Below are positions 1 to 13,615 of a DNA stretch of 64,000 bases, in pieces. A program made the position numbers and the translations under genes. Source of the DNA: Lama guanicoe (Eukaryota); contig MU056737.1 in assembly GCA_013239625.1 (NCBI GenBank), forward strand, positions 141,846-205,845. Direction: 5' to 3'. The notes under the pieces were generated by a model that had not been told where the DNA came from, ran no database searches, and saw only the letters and a program-made list of their open reading frames with translations. The first letter of the stretch is position 1, and every line of letters begins with the position of its first letter.

Positions 1-3000
1 GCGGGACCTGAGCTGGGGGGCTCTTTCTGGGTCTCCCTCCAGTAGCTGCTCCTGTCCCCTGACCTCCGGCCTCTGACATGGCCCGGCTAAAGCCCGGCTG
101 TGGTGTTGGGAGCTGCAGGAGGCCGGGCCCAGCTGGAGACCGTTTGGCACCCAGACAGCCCGCCTAGAGTTTATGCCCTAATATGGTGATGGCCGGCAGC
201 GGCCTGAACAGGGACTAGCCCTCAAAGGGACTAAGGAGAGGCTAGAGACCAGTAAGCCTTCACCCTGCAGACCCCCATTACCCCACCCCTGGGAGCCAGT
301 GATCCAGGCCCCTGATCCTCATTCCTCGCTGGGAAACTCATCTTAGATAAGTCCAGAGTCTGGGACCCCAATGGGCATGGCCCTTCAGGATGGGCTGGGG
401 ATCCTGCCCCAGTGCACAGCCTCAGGATTCTGACCTCGAGGCCTCAGCACCTATGCCCACTTCATTCCAGCTTCTCAGCGAGAGAGGCCAGAGCTGCACT
501 CTGCAGCCCAGACAGCCCAGGACACTAGCATCCCAAATTGCCAGCCAGTCCCTGCCAGGCCCCCAAACTCCAGATATAAGCCCCCCTCAGCAGCCCAGTC
601 CCACTCCCCAACCCTAGACCCACAGACATGCACATGGAGCCCTCCTGGTCCTCTCCCTTTGTCAATATTCAAGGAATTTTCCCTTTCAAATAACCCTGTA
701 AAAGCCCTGTTATTCCAAAAATGTGAACTGGAGCCCTGCCTGATGGCTGGGGCAGGATTTGGGGGGTGGAGGGTGGGGGGGCAGTAGGCTCCAGCTGCTG
801 TTTTCAAGGGGACATAAGAGCAAGGAAAGCGGGTGGCCCCCGTTCACCAGGGCCCCATCAGGCTCTGCCTCCCACCACCCTGCCTGGCTGGCTGGGTCTT
901 CCGTGAGCCAGCACAATACCCACCCCAAGCTCTTCAGCCAGACCTCAGCACACCCCATCCCATCACTGGCTGGAATTATGGCGGGCAGGGGTCCCTGCGG
1001 GTAGCTGGAGGTCAGCAGGCCAGGGGTGGGACACAGGGACAGCCAGAACTGGGCCTGGGTGCAGAACAAATTGGTGGGGCTCTGACCTTGGGCAAAGAAG
1101 TGATGAGAGTCTGTGGCTGGGCTGGCACTGGAAGCACAGAACGGTGCCTCGCCCTCCAGGAGCTCTGCTCCTACCCACCCTAGACCCTGCTCAGCACTCT
1201 GCCCCTCTTCTCCTCCGACTTGCCCCGCACCCCCAGAGCAGGTTCCGAGCTGAGGCTGCCTTCACCCCAGAGCCGGGTGAGGCTGCAGTTCCGTCGAAAG
1301 CCGCTCTGTGGCAGGCACGGCCCACACTCCCGAGGCAGCCAGAACCAGGAGGCGGGGGAAGGAGGGAACCGACTGGAAGAAAGCAAGCGGAGAGGACCCT
1401 GCCCCGCCCACAGGAAGCCTGTGGGGTTCCCAGGTGCAAAGGGGCGGGGCACAGGCACAAGAGTTAAGGGGCCTTTACTCATGGCATCAGAATGACTTTG
1501 GGCAAGTCACCTGCCCTCCCCCGAGCCCCAGGAGGCTCATCCAGTACCCAAGGGAGGTCTTGATAAAAGGAGGAGGAGGAAGAGTGGGAGATGCAGGTTG
1601 GGGGGGTGGTCTCAGGAACAGAGAAGCCCCTGCGGCCACCTGGCCCATGTGGCTGAAGCTGGAGAACACCCCGCTCACAGCCCCCGGGCCCAGCCCCAGC
1701 TGAGACACCTGGGTCTGGCTGAGGAGGCTGGGCACCCAGCCTTTGCTTGCCTCCTGGGGCTAAGGGCACCCTGGGCCCTGCGGGGATGGAGACCAGGAGA
1801 GGAGGGGAGCCATGAATGGATAGCTGCACACTGACAGGCTCCTCTGGGTCTCAGATTGTAACAGCCACAGAAGTCATGCAGCTCACTGCAGGCCACTGAG
1901 GAAGGGAAAAGAGGAAGGGGCAGCTGGGGGGGCTCCCGAGAGAGCTAGGCCTGGCCACCTGCCAGGTGCCGCAGGTACAGTTCCTCCTGACTCCAGGGAA
2001 GGGCGACGTCACTCATCAGAACACAAGGCTGGCTTGCTCCCCGTGGTGCCAACCCCTGCCTGCCAGTGCACCTGGGGGCATCGCCCCGCCCTGAATTCCG
2101 ACCCACCCAGAGGCCCCACCGACAGCCCCAAACCCACTTTCCCAACTCTGGGCACCCCTGGCTGTGCCCCAGGCAAGAGCTGCCCTCGGCTTTTGCAAGG
2201 AGGCCTTATCTCTGAGGGCAGCACCAGGCAGCGGGGGAAGGGGAGGCCTGCAGGTGGCCTGAGAGTCCTTGGACAAGCTCCCCAGGCAGAGTCTCCAGGC
2301 GCGCTCGTCTGCAAACTAGGTGTCATCACAGCTCCTTTGAAGGCGGCTCTTCAGCCCCTCGAACACTCACCGAGCACATGCATGTGAAGTATCTGGGGTG
2401 CCCACCCTCCCTGAGACAAGGTTTCCTGGCTCGGAGTCTAGAATGAGATGGCAGAGAGAGGGGTCCTGGGGACTGAGCTGAGCTGATCTGCCCTGACCCT
2501 CAAGAGACCCAGGCAACTGCTGTGTGACTATGGGCAGGTCACCCACCTCTCTGAGCTTCAGACTCCCTATGGGTACTGCAGGGACAAGTGATTCCTGCCC
2601 CAGGTGCCAGATGAGATGACAGATGGCCTTGTGGAAGCATCCAGAGCTGTAACAAGGCAGGGTGCCGGGTCCTTGCAGGGAAGGTGACCTCGGGGAGGCA
2701 GCCATCCTCACCCTAGTCGCCTTCCTGCCTTGCTGGAGCAGGAGGAGCTGGGCCCAAAGTCACGCTGAGGGCAGGAGGCTGGGGCTCCAGTTGGCCTGTC
2801 CGCCCCCAGGCAGAGGCTGTCTCCGGCGGCGGCCCGGGGCTGTGCAGTGTCAGGTTATATTTAGCCTGGTGGCAGCGACAGGAAGATGCAGCAGGAGCTG
2901 CTCCTGGCCGGGGGCCACCGTGTCACTAACACCGCTCTCATGGGCAACAGGGGCCCAGAGAGGGCCAGGGACACTGCAGGCCCAAGGGATGGAGCGGGGA

Positions 3001-3036
3001 CGCCTGAGAGGCCATCCAGTGAATGGGTGTGCCTAA

Positions 3037-3079
3037 GTGTGTGTGTGTGTGTGCGTGTGCGTGTGTGTGTGTGTGTGTG
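3037..3079. repeat. (TG)n microsatellite
   Basis: Direct observation; two CG interruptions. Confidence 0.95.
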
Positions 3080-4559
3080 AAACAGATGGGGTGGGGGCGA
3101 TCCTAACCTGACTCCAGGAGCTGAGTGGGACAGACTCGCCCGTGGATACTCACTGCAGGACAGGAATGGGGAGCCACGATCCAGACCCCAGCTCACACAG
3201 AGGAAGCATCTCCAGACAGACCCTCCCCCCGCCCCTCCAGCCTCACACCTTCACAGGGACCCATAGGGCCATACAGAGGGCCTGTGCAGTCATCCAGACT
3301 AACACCCACACCCCTGCAGGTGGCCTGTCTGTGCTGTCTTTCCCCGAAGCCACTGTGACGTCTTCGGGAGAAGAGCTCTTTCTAGAAAATCTCTGGGGCT
3401 CAGCCCCACTCAACCTCTGAGGATGCAGCCTCATAGTCTATAAACTGGGAAGCACACCCCTGCTCCGCTCCACAGAAGCCAAGGAAGGTGAAACCGGGCC
3501 ATGTTTATTCAGGGAAAGCTTCTCTTCACAGCTCCATCCCGTCCCCCACCTCCCTGAGGCCTCCACACTTAACCTCCCTCCTCCTGCTTCCTGGAGCCTG
3601 TCCCTCTGCAGAATCCTTCAGAATCCCCTGTCCCTGACCCACACATCCTTCAGCCTGCTCTCCCAGCTGGGCCTCCCATCCCCGGACACACAGACTGGCC
3701 GAGTCGCCAGCAGGCTGGTCCGGGCGCCCCCTCCAGCACACCCCAGCTTCACCAGACCCTCCCACTCCCCACGGCCCCATCCGGCTTCTCTCTAGCTCCT
3801 CCCAACCCTCTAGGCCCCGAAGGCCCCCTCTACAAAGAGCTCCTTGACTGCTCCACCTGGCCCACAGGGACGTTTCTCATTGAGAACTCTTCTCAAACTA
3901 GATCCCTCGTAGAGGGGGTAATTGTGCATGGCTTCCGGGGTGAGCTTCCTCCCTCCCCCCAGAGCCCTGAGGGCAGGGTGGGGCTGGCCTCGAGGGAGGT
4001 ACTGGGTAAGCAGGTGTCCAGGGACTGACTGTGGACTCCAGGGCAGTGACCTGCGCTGACGGCAGGTGTGGCCAGGGCCATCTCCCCACTCTCTAAGCTC
4101 CCTTTCAGATCCAGGGGCACTGACTGTCCTTCCACAAGAGGATTTGCCCATTTCAAACCCACCCTCAGCAGTGAGAACCCCCATGGGAATTAGGTGATGT
4201 CTTTTGCTGAAGCACTGTGAAATCCAGTCAAAAGCATAGAACATGGAAGCTGACCACCCAGCCACGGGTGGCAAGGATACAAAGAGCCGTGGTCCACCAG
4301 GAGACAACGGGGGTCCCTGCCCTCCTCCAGGGCTCAGCGAGCTTCTCAAACGGCGCTCCCACCTTGGCTCCCAGCATATCCCAGAGAGCCTAGGGACGCT
4401 TTGAGAGAGCCCTGTCCCGTCAGTCACCCAGTCGGCTACAGCTTCTTGGTCATTAAACCGAGACTTGCAGTCCCTCCCTGACTCACCCACCTTACAGGAC
4501 ACTGGAGGGTCTCCAGCAAATAAACACAAGTACATGTGAGAGCCTGCTGAAAAGGCAGA

Positions 4560-6380
4560 TGGAACGTTCCAGCATCAACACATACGGCAGTGACCCAGGC
4601 ATAAAGAGGAAACCAGCATTATTCGCAAATGATAGGATCATCTCCCTAGAGAACCAATAAAATCAACAGATAAACCATTAGCACTAACTGATAAGAGAGT
4701 TCACCCAGCAAGGCTGCCAAGTACAAGATCGGCCCACAAAACACACAGCATTTCTCTCCACCAGCATAAAGCTATTAGAATCGGTAGTGGAAAATAAGAT
4801 TTCTTTCCTAATAGCAACAAAAACTATAAAATATTTAGGAAGTGACCAAGAATGCACAGGGCCTCTATGGGGAAAAACAAAACAAAACCTTAAACTAATA
4901 AAAGATGCAGAAATGATCTGATAAATGGAAAGCCACTCCAGTCTCTTGGATGGGACAAATATTACAAAGATGTCAATTCTCCCCAGATTAACCTACCAAA
5001 CCAACCTAATTTCAGTTAAGATCCTAGTGGGGTTTTTCTTCCCAGGAACTTGATAAACTGTCTCTGAAATTTACGAAGAAGAGAGGTCCACAATATGCGT
5101 GTCAACCTTCAAAAGATGAACAGAGAGGGAAGCTTTGCCTTTCCAGATACTGAGACATACTAAATGCCGTATTTTTAATGTGGTTTTGATGCAAGAACAG
5201 ACAAATAAATATTTGGAACAAAACAAAGAGTTCAAAGACAGATCGATGGATATATGGGAAATTAACCGGTAATAAAGGTAGCCCCATAAATCAATGGAAA
5301 AGAACAGGCTGTTTACTAGATGTGTTGGGAAAATTGGCTCAGTATATGGAAAAAATACAACTTGGTCCCTGTTTGGCACCACAGACAGCGGAAGGCAGGA
5401 TGGCTCAAAGACCCAACTGATAAAGGTAAAACAATTAAGTTAATAGAAGAAAACATAGACCTTTGCAACCTTGGAGTGGTGAGGAATTTCTTAAACAAAA
5501 CTTCAGAAGCACAAACAAAGCTCAAAATCCATGATTTTGTATCAAAAGGAAGTATCTTTGTTGGATAAATTTAACAGATGACTGAACGGGAGCAGATATG
5601 TGCAATATCTTGATTCAGCAGGAAATAATATCCAGAATACGTGCTGGATATTTAACTGCATACATCTGTATTTCGAGACTACATAAGCAACTCTGGCAAA
5701 GCAACAAGAACAAAAGGCAGCAGCGTCATAGAAAAGTGAGCAGAGGATATGAGCAGGTAATTCGCGGGAGAGAAACCTGAACGGCTACCAACAAGATGCT
5801 CCGACTCGCATGAAATCAAAGAAATGCAAATTAAAGCAGCCAGGTATCACTCTCACCTACTGCACTGGCAAAAATTAGAACAGCCGATGATGCCAGGTGT
5901 GGCAGAGACGCGGGGGAATAGAAATCCCTTGCTCTGCGTGGGAGTGTGGTGATAGGTACAGCCCTGCTGGTTACAGCTGGACAGTACATGGTTGAATTGC
6001 ATGCCCATGTACCCTGTGACCCAGCAACGCCACCCCTGGGGATGAATCCCCGAAACATCCCTACACGAGTCCAAAAGGGGCCATGGACGAGGATGTTCAC
6101 TGCATCATCATTTATAGAGACAATGTGGAGGGCCCTCTCCAGGAGAGCAGACAGGTGAAATGAGGTGGGAGCACCCCACAGAATATGACGCTACGGACTC
6201 AGCGTCAACGAACAACCTGGCTGGACTTAAAGGCGTACTCCCATGTAACAAAAGTGAACACCAGAATACAATATATAGCACATATCATTTACATAAATTA
6301 AACCTACATGCAGCCAGACAAAACACACATTTTGCAAGAACATATGCAAGCAACACATTCACAGGAAGTACATTTGAATG
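4560..6380 (+). mobile_element. Degenerate old LINE-1 (L1M-type) ORF2 3' part and 3' UTR in KCNH2 intron 2
   Basis: A-rich; decayed RT motif region (ttattcgcaaatgatagg ~ LFADDM; gttcacccagcaaggctgccaagtacaagatc ~ FSKVAGYKI); typical ORF2 C-terminal sequence (gaaatgcaaattaaa, ccctgtgacccagca); boundaries approximate. Confidence 0.85.
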
Positions 6381-6543
6381 GTTGCCTAAGGGAAGGGGAA
6401 CTAACGGATGGGGAGTGAGAAAAAAGAAAAAGGAGAAAAACCAATGAAAGAGAAAGAAAAAACCAGTAACACAAATATCTTGGTTTCCACGATTTAGGGA
6501 GGAGGCAGGAGCTGGGGCCAGCAAAAGCCTGGGGTTGGGGGAG

Positions 6544-6577
<34 letters not shown>

Positions 6578-6583
6578 ACACAC
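6544..6583. repeat. (CA)n microsatellite
   Basis: Direct observation. Confidence 0.95.
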
Positions 6584-7424
6584 GCATGCAGAAGCCGGGT
6601 GCAGGGCAAGGAGTGAGCGCTGTAGGGAACAGGGATGCTGCGGCCCTGAGTCGGCTCACTTCCTTGGTTGGCCAGGACCTGTGGCCATGTGGGTGATGCC
6701 CTGCCTAATGGCAAGTAGGATGCCAAGAGCCTTGGCACTTGATACTGCCCTGCCTCTATTCTCTTATTTGCTGAACCTCTCCCAGCGGTACCCAAGAGGA
6801 CAGGTGTTATGATCCCACTTAGCGAATGAGGAATTGCAGCTCTGGGAGCCCAAGCTAAAACCCAAATTTCCTGGGGCTTTGAGACCATCATGCCGAAAAA
6901 TGGCCCTCTGAGGCAAGTCAGCCTGTGCGGTGGTGTTCCATGCCGGGCAGGACTCGAGTGGAAAGAGAAACACTGGATAGGAATTCTCACCCAAGCACCT
7001 GCCAGCTGGGGAAGTCCCCTTAGCCTTTCCAAGTGAGAATTTCACTCCCGTAAAATGATGGAGAGGAGGCCTCCCCAGTCTAAGGACCACCTGCCACAAA
7101 GCATGTGTCCCAGCTTGCAAACTACAAGTGCAGTCTCAACAGTGAGGGAGCCTGTGAGAGCTGGTCATGCACCATCGTCCCCTCCCCCAGCTTAGCTCCC
7201 TGGTCCGGGCCTCCTTGGTCCATCCCTGAGGCGGGGAGGGTGAGAATCCCCAGTGCCTTCCCTGCAGCCCACAACATCCCCCACACTCAGCTGGGCTGGA
7301 GTTCTCCAAACTCTCTAAGTGGCCACCTCAGTCCACCTCTTCCTGACCCACCTTCCTCTGGCCCTGACAGCCTCCTCATCCACTAAGACCCCTCCCAGCC
7401 CTGGCATTCTGTTATTCTAAGGCT

Positions 7425-7545
7425 TTTCAGAGAGGGAGAAACCAAGGCCCACAGATGGGAAGTGATTTGTCCAAGGCCACACAGCAAGTCTGTAACTAAA
7501 CCAGAAATTGCTCCCAAGACTCTGACTCCCAGGATAGGGTTTCTG
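7425..7545 (-). mobile_element. MIR SINE fragment
   Basis: gagaaaccaaggcccacaga...gtgatttgtccaaggccacacagc core; approximate. Confidence 0.7.
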
Positions 7546-7564
7546 CAACACAGCACACTGCCCT

Positions 7565-7700
7565 CTTCATTCATTCATTCATTCATTCAGCAAGCATGAA
7601 CTGAGCTCCCACTCTGCAGTACACACACAGACACAACAAAGAACAAAGCAGGCCACTCTCTGCCCTCACAGAGCTTACAATCTAGTGGGGGAGTCAGACA
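7565..7700 (-). mobile_element. L2 LINE 3' end with (TTCA)n tail
   Basis: ttcattcattcattcagcaagcat...ctgccctcacagagcttacaatctagtgggg. Confidence 0.7.
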
Positions 7701-10700
7701 TGGCAGCCTCAACCACAACTGTGGGCGAGGGCGATGGTGGGTCAAGGAGAAGATACCGCCCTGCCCTCAAGGTGCTTCTAGTCCCTGGACACTTGGTAGG
7801 AGTGGAAAGGAGTCCACTTGAGGCCACCCACAGTTCACAAGGTGGAGATCTTTATGGGCCCCTGGACTAAGGACAGGAAGGGACTTTAGGGGGACCGCGG
7901 TTCATCCAGAGCCCCCCCATACTCATCACTGGCCCCAGGTGGCCTTCTGTGCCCCCTCTTTGGCCCTGACCCCACAGCAGGGAGGAAAGTTTCTGTTAAA
8001 CTCCTTCACTGAAGGCTAGCTATTTCCACGTCCCTCCCTGCTTACAGGGGAGGAGTGATGACAGAGAATGTCTTTTTAAAGAAAAAGGTTCGTTCTCCTT
8101 CCAAGCAAGGGGTTCCCTAACAGAGGCATTTCAGGCCCCCTCGGGGAAGATATTTAATTTTGAAAGAACTTTCTTGGAACCTTTCAAGTCCTGCCACCCT
8201 GGAAGCCACCTCTGGGCAGAAAAGAGGCAGAGTCTCTCCCATCTCACACCCCAACCCCTATGTTGGTCCCCCCTGCTGCCCACAGCCCCCCTCCCCAGAG
8301 CCCAAGGCCACCATCAAACTCTGCTCCCATCCCAGACGGCTCTGCACAAATATTTACATAGCTCCTCTCGGGGGCTACAGCAGACACAACATGGAGGAGC
8401 CACCCTCCCGACACTCTCCAGACCCCAGAGGAGACCAAGAGTGGCCCACACACCCTCAGTCATGGCAGGCCTGCCTCGCCCCCAGGGTGGAGCTGGGACA
8501 GGAAGCCCCAAGCAGAACAGGGCACCCTGCTCCCGCTCAGGAATGACCCCCCACCCAGGGAGCCCCTGGAGCTGCGGAGGGAAAGCAGCTGGGCCCTGAG
8601 GCAGCCCCGCCCCACTCCTGGCCACCATGGAGCAGGTGCTCTCCCCCACCTGACTGCAAGCTGCCCAGGCCCTGACCAAAAGGCCCAAGGTGGAGGGAGA
8701 CCCCTAATGGCTTCCCCACTCTCCTGTCCAAGAAAAGTGCTACCTGTGTCTAACCGCGTTCCTCTGAGGGTCACCCCGGTCGGCTCCCTCTTAAGGGTGC
8801 AGAATATACCCAGGCGCCAGTCTCCACCTGACCTGCCTGCCGGCCTCCACATACCCCTTCACCAGCAACCAAGACTGGTGGCGGTCTGGGGACCTGACAA
8901 TCAGGTCCCTGCCTGGTGGGGACGGAGGGGAGTGAGAGTCAGAGCTCTAGACCACAATGCAGAAGGGCGTGGTGTGGGAGCCTCACAGTGAGGAGTCTGA
9001 TTTCAGGGACCAGGGAAGAGATAGGGAAATGGCCCGGAGTGTGTGGAAGGTCACAGGAGACCCAGAGGAATGGCACCGGTGCCAAGAGTACCTGCACAAG
9101 CACCTGGGAAGCTGAAGTCTGAGTCTGGGGACCACAGACCAGTGGGTGTGGGGCCACCTCTGGGTCTCTGGCTCCCCATGGGCTCTGAGGGCGCTGGGGA
9201 GCATGCTGGCCCTCTCCAACCCTCCCCCAGCCCACAGCTCAGCTGTTGCAGTGGGGGGCCCTCTGACCCTGTTACCATGACAACCAGCCTGCAACTGGAA
9301 TGGAGAAGCAGACAGACTCTTCTCTAGAGACACCCCCATCCCCACCCACGCACAGGCTCCCGAGGACACAGGGACATGGAGACCAGGCCAGGACAGGCAG
9401 AGGTACAGGGAGCCAGACAGAGACTTCCAGATGGAGCCCAGAGAGGCGGAAGACACCAGGGCAAAGGGAGAGTGGCAAAGAGGAAACCTCAGGGGTGCTG
9501 GAGGGAGGGAAGAAGAGACACAGCTGCAGGGAGAAGTCGGTAAAGGCCGTGGGGAGAGAGAGAGGGACAGAGACCACGGGCACAGGCAGACGCTGAGTGT
9601 GGCGGGGGGCGGGGCAGAGAGATGCGAACAAAGAGCAGAGAGAACACAAGGGACAGAGAGCAGGGGACCTCCATGAGGCCTGGCAGAGGAGAGGAGCACA
9701 TGAGGAGGAGCCGTGCTCGAAGGGGCCCACGGCCTACTCCAGTGCAATGTGGGAGGGCAGGTGTGCCCGGCATCACTGGCCACCAAGGAAACGCCCAGAG
9801 CCCCACAGGGATGCCACCACCTGCCGGCCCCATGCTGCGGGGGCCCGGCTCCCAATTCCACCTTAATCCCGGCCTGACATGAAGGGGCAGGAACACAGCA
9901 CCAGTGAGCCCTTGGCACCCCATGTCCAGTCCACACCCCCCAAGTCCGGCCTCCCAACCTCCCAGCAGTCCCAGCAGCTAAATAATGGGGCTGTCTGGCT
10001 CCAGGCCCTGACACTCCACAGAGCTAGCCTAGAGGCACCGATACAGCACAGCTGTCCGCAGCGGCGCCTGCCAGCAAAAGGTCCCGCCTCCTCCCCAGCC
10101 ACCCACCTCCCCGGGGCTGAAGCCCAGGGACCCACTCTGCTGTGGCTGGCCCAGGCAGAGACCCTGAGAAAGGCCTGGACAGAAACAAGAGGTGGAATCC
10201 GCATTCCTCCCTTCTGCCTCTCTCCTCTGCCCATGCACAAAGCCGTGAGCTCATGTTCACACACACACACACAGAGCCCAGGTCAGGCACAGAGACCTGC
10301 CCAAGGGACGGCACAGAGGGAGAGGGAGGGAAGGCAGAGGAAATATCTCTGCACCCTAGGCCTGGAGGGCCAGGACAAGTAGGGGCCCACAAAGCCTGAG
10401 GGCCAAGGCCAGCCTATGGGCCAGCAGGAACTACCTGATCCCCATGGAAACTAGGTGACAGCAGAGAAGGGGGCAGGCAGAGATGGCTGGCATATGACTT
10501 TCTGGGTCACAGCCCCATTTGGAGTAGTAACCTGGAGTGGGGAAAGATCTTGAACTTGGGTGGGGGGCCTGGGTTCTAGCCCCATTCCCTCCATGGATTC
10601 ACTGGTAACTTGACCTCTGCTTCTCAGTTTTTCCATTTGTAACTTGAGTGGACTGGATTAGGTGATCCGCGAGGTCACCAAGATTCCATGATAGCATGGC

Positions 10701-11034
10701 CATCCTCTCCCGAAGTCACCAGTCTGGGGCAGGAGGGAGGGCCAGCTCCTCACTCACACTACAGCAAAGACAGAAGCACTCAGGCCCCAGATGCCAAGCG
10801 GCCCAGCAGGCACACCAATCCAGAAGTAGAAACAGGCTCAAGGCAGTAACCAGCTTGGCCCATAGCATAGAATCTCTGGTGTTAGACCTGAATCCAGGAC
10901 TTGTGCATTCACATTCTTTTCGTTATATCAACGGTTTGCAAACTTTCAAAATAAAAGTGTGCATAAAGTAACGTGCAGTACGTAGGCATACCTATAACTA
11001 TTTTGTGTCATTTTTAATCTATGACAGCAGAGCA

Positions 11035-11260
11035 GAGTGGACAGGGCTCTGATCAGATAGACATGGTTCCATTCCCAGCCCTGCACTTTCTAGGTGTGTG
11101 CGTCTTTGAGGGAAGTTTCTTAATCTTCCTGAACTCCAGTTTCCTCATCCATAAAATGGAGGGGGAAAAATAGTATCTACCTCCCAAGGTTGTTGTGAAG
11201 AGCCCATGAGATAACGCAAGGGAAACATTTAGCTCAGTGTCCAGTGGATAAAAGGCACCC
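11035..11260 (+). mobile_element. MIR SINE
   Basis: Core cttaatcttcctgaactccagtttcctcatccataaaatgg...acctcccaaggttgttgtgaag; approximate. Confidence 0.8.
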
Positions 11261-12569
11261 ACCGACATTAGCTAGTACTAGATGAGCAGACAGATATTAA
11301 AGCAGATCTGTTCTGATTAGGTTCCGGGGAGACATCAGTGAAAAGCTGCACAGAAGGCCCTGCCTTCCAGAGTTTGCCTCTAGTCTCCCAGCCGCTACCT
11401 CCAGCCAGAATGCCCACTTGCTGCAAGCAAACCCTCTCCCAGAGGGCCCCAGAGACCATCTCCCATCTAAAGCTATCCAGGGATCTCAACTTCACCTCTG
11501 CAAAAGCAGGGGGGTGTAAGCCTTTGCAGGGCAGCCTCAGCCAACCCTGAGCATTCAGGGGAGGTTCCAAGGTACAGGGCTAAGGGCATACAGGGGCTGC
11601 TGGCTCACTATGCCCCCAGAGGGAGACAGAGTGCAGTCTACAGCAGGTAAGCTCCCTGCGGGCTCGGACCTCATCTGTCTCTTACACTGTTCTTGCTGCA
11701 CCCAGCTCACAAGGGTTCCGTAAATGCTCATCAGATACATGCTGGTGAGCAGAGGTCCAGTGGCAACTTCTGGAGCCCCCTCCTCAGCCTCTGATAATTG
11801 CAGGTCCCCCAGAGACCTGCTGCACGGCCCTCCCTAAGCACAGCCCACCCGGCCAGGGCTGAGGGTATGGGAGCAGCTCCACTCAGGGTTTGTTTATCCG
11901 CTCTCCGGAAGCCCACAGCAGCTGGGCCGGGAAGCGGTGGCTGAGCAGAGACACCTGGCGCAGGAGAAGGTGGTGGGCGGGGCGCTCAAAAGATGAGACA
12001 AAGGGAACTGAGGTTGTGGGGAGAGGCACACACCTCCCGCCAGGTGCAATTGAAGTGCAAGAGAGAGGGGGCAGGAGAGGGGCAGCAGAGAGCGAGCCAG
12101 AGTCCTGCCGCCCTTCCCCGGCTCGCCCTCAGCGACAACTCCCCAGACCAGTCACCTGGCAGGGGCTGTCCTAGGGTAATTAGAGGCCTGTGGCCGGAGG
12201 TCAGCGCCCAGCCGCCGGCCTGGACTTCTGTTACCTCCGTCCATGCACGCACCTGCCATCCCGGCGCCGTCAAACTCCAACCCACCTAGCTCAAGGTGCC
12301 CACCACATCTGCCTAGGGAGGAAGGAACCAGAGGCACCAGACCCACAGCCAAGCAGCCTCTTGGTCACCCCGTAAACCATCCCACCAGAGTGCTTTAAGT
12401 AGAGACCCAGTCCGCCCTGCACCCCCAACGCCCAGCCCGCGCCTCCCGCCTGGCGCACAGCAAAGGTCCCTGCTGGGATCACGCCCCCATGGAACCCACC
12501 CGGGATCCAGCCAACCTCAGGCCGCCCCCAACCCACGGTTCCCCCCCTTACCCACGGCCCCCACCCCTA

Positions 12570-13337
<768 letters not shown>

Positions 13338-13464
13338 TCACTCCCCCAAGTATCTGCAGACCCTGCCAGGTCAGTACTTCCTGGGACTTCTGCGCCCCCT
13401 CCAAGGGCAGTCAGGGGCTGGGGAGTGGGCGTACCAAAGAGGAAAAGGAAAGTAGTACCACATG

Positions 13465-13615
13465 AGCATCTACGATTCTTTCATTTAATACTCTGATAAC
13501 CCGGCCACTATCCTCATTCAATAGATGAAGAAACAGACTCAAAAGAAGTTCAGACCATGCCCTTATCTTGCAGCTTGTAAATAACAGACCCAGCTTTGGA
13601 ACCTTGGTCTGGCAG
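13465..13615 (-). mobile_element. MIR SINE fragment
   Basis: tcatttaatactctgataacc...atagatgaagaaacagactcaaaagaagtt; approximate. Confidence 0.65.

Noticed and set aside
4560-6380. Active reverse-transcriptase gene or novel retroelement
   Set aside because: Heavily decayed L1 with stops and frameshifts; no open ORF2.
8983-10014. 343-aa minus-strand ORF in KCNH2 intron 2
   Set aside because: Low-complexity Ser/Leu/Pro translation of GA-rich, GC-rich DNA; no recognisable domain; non-ATG start. Expected by chance at this composition.
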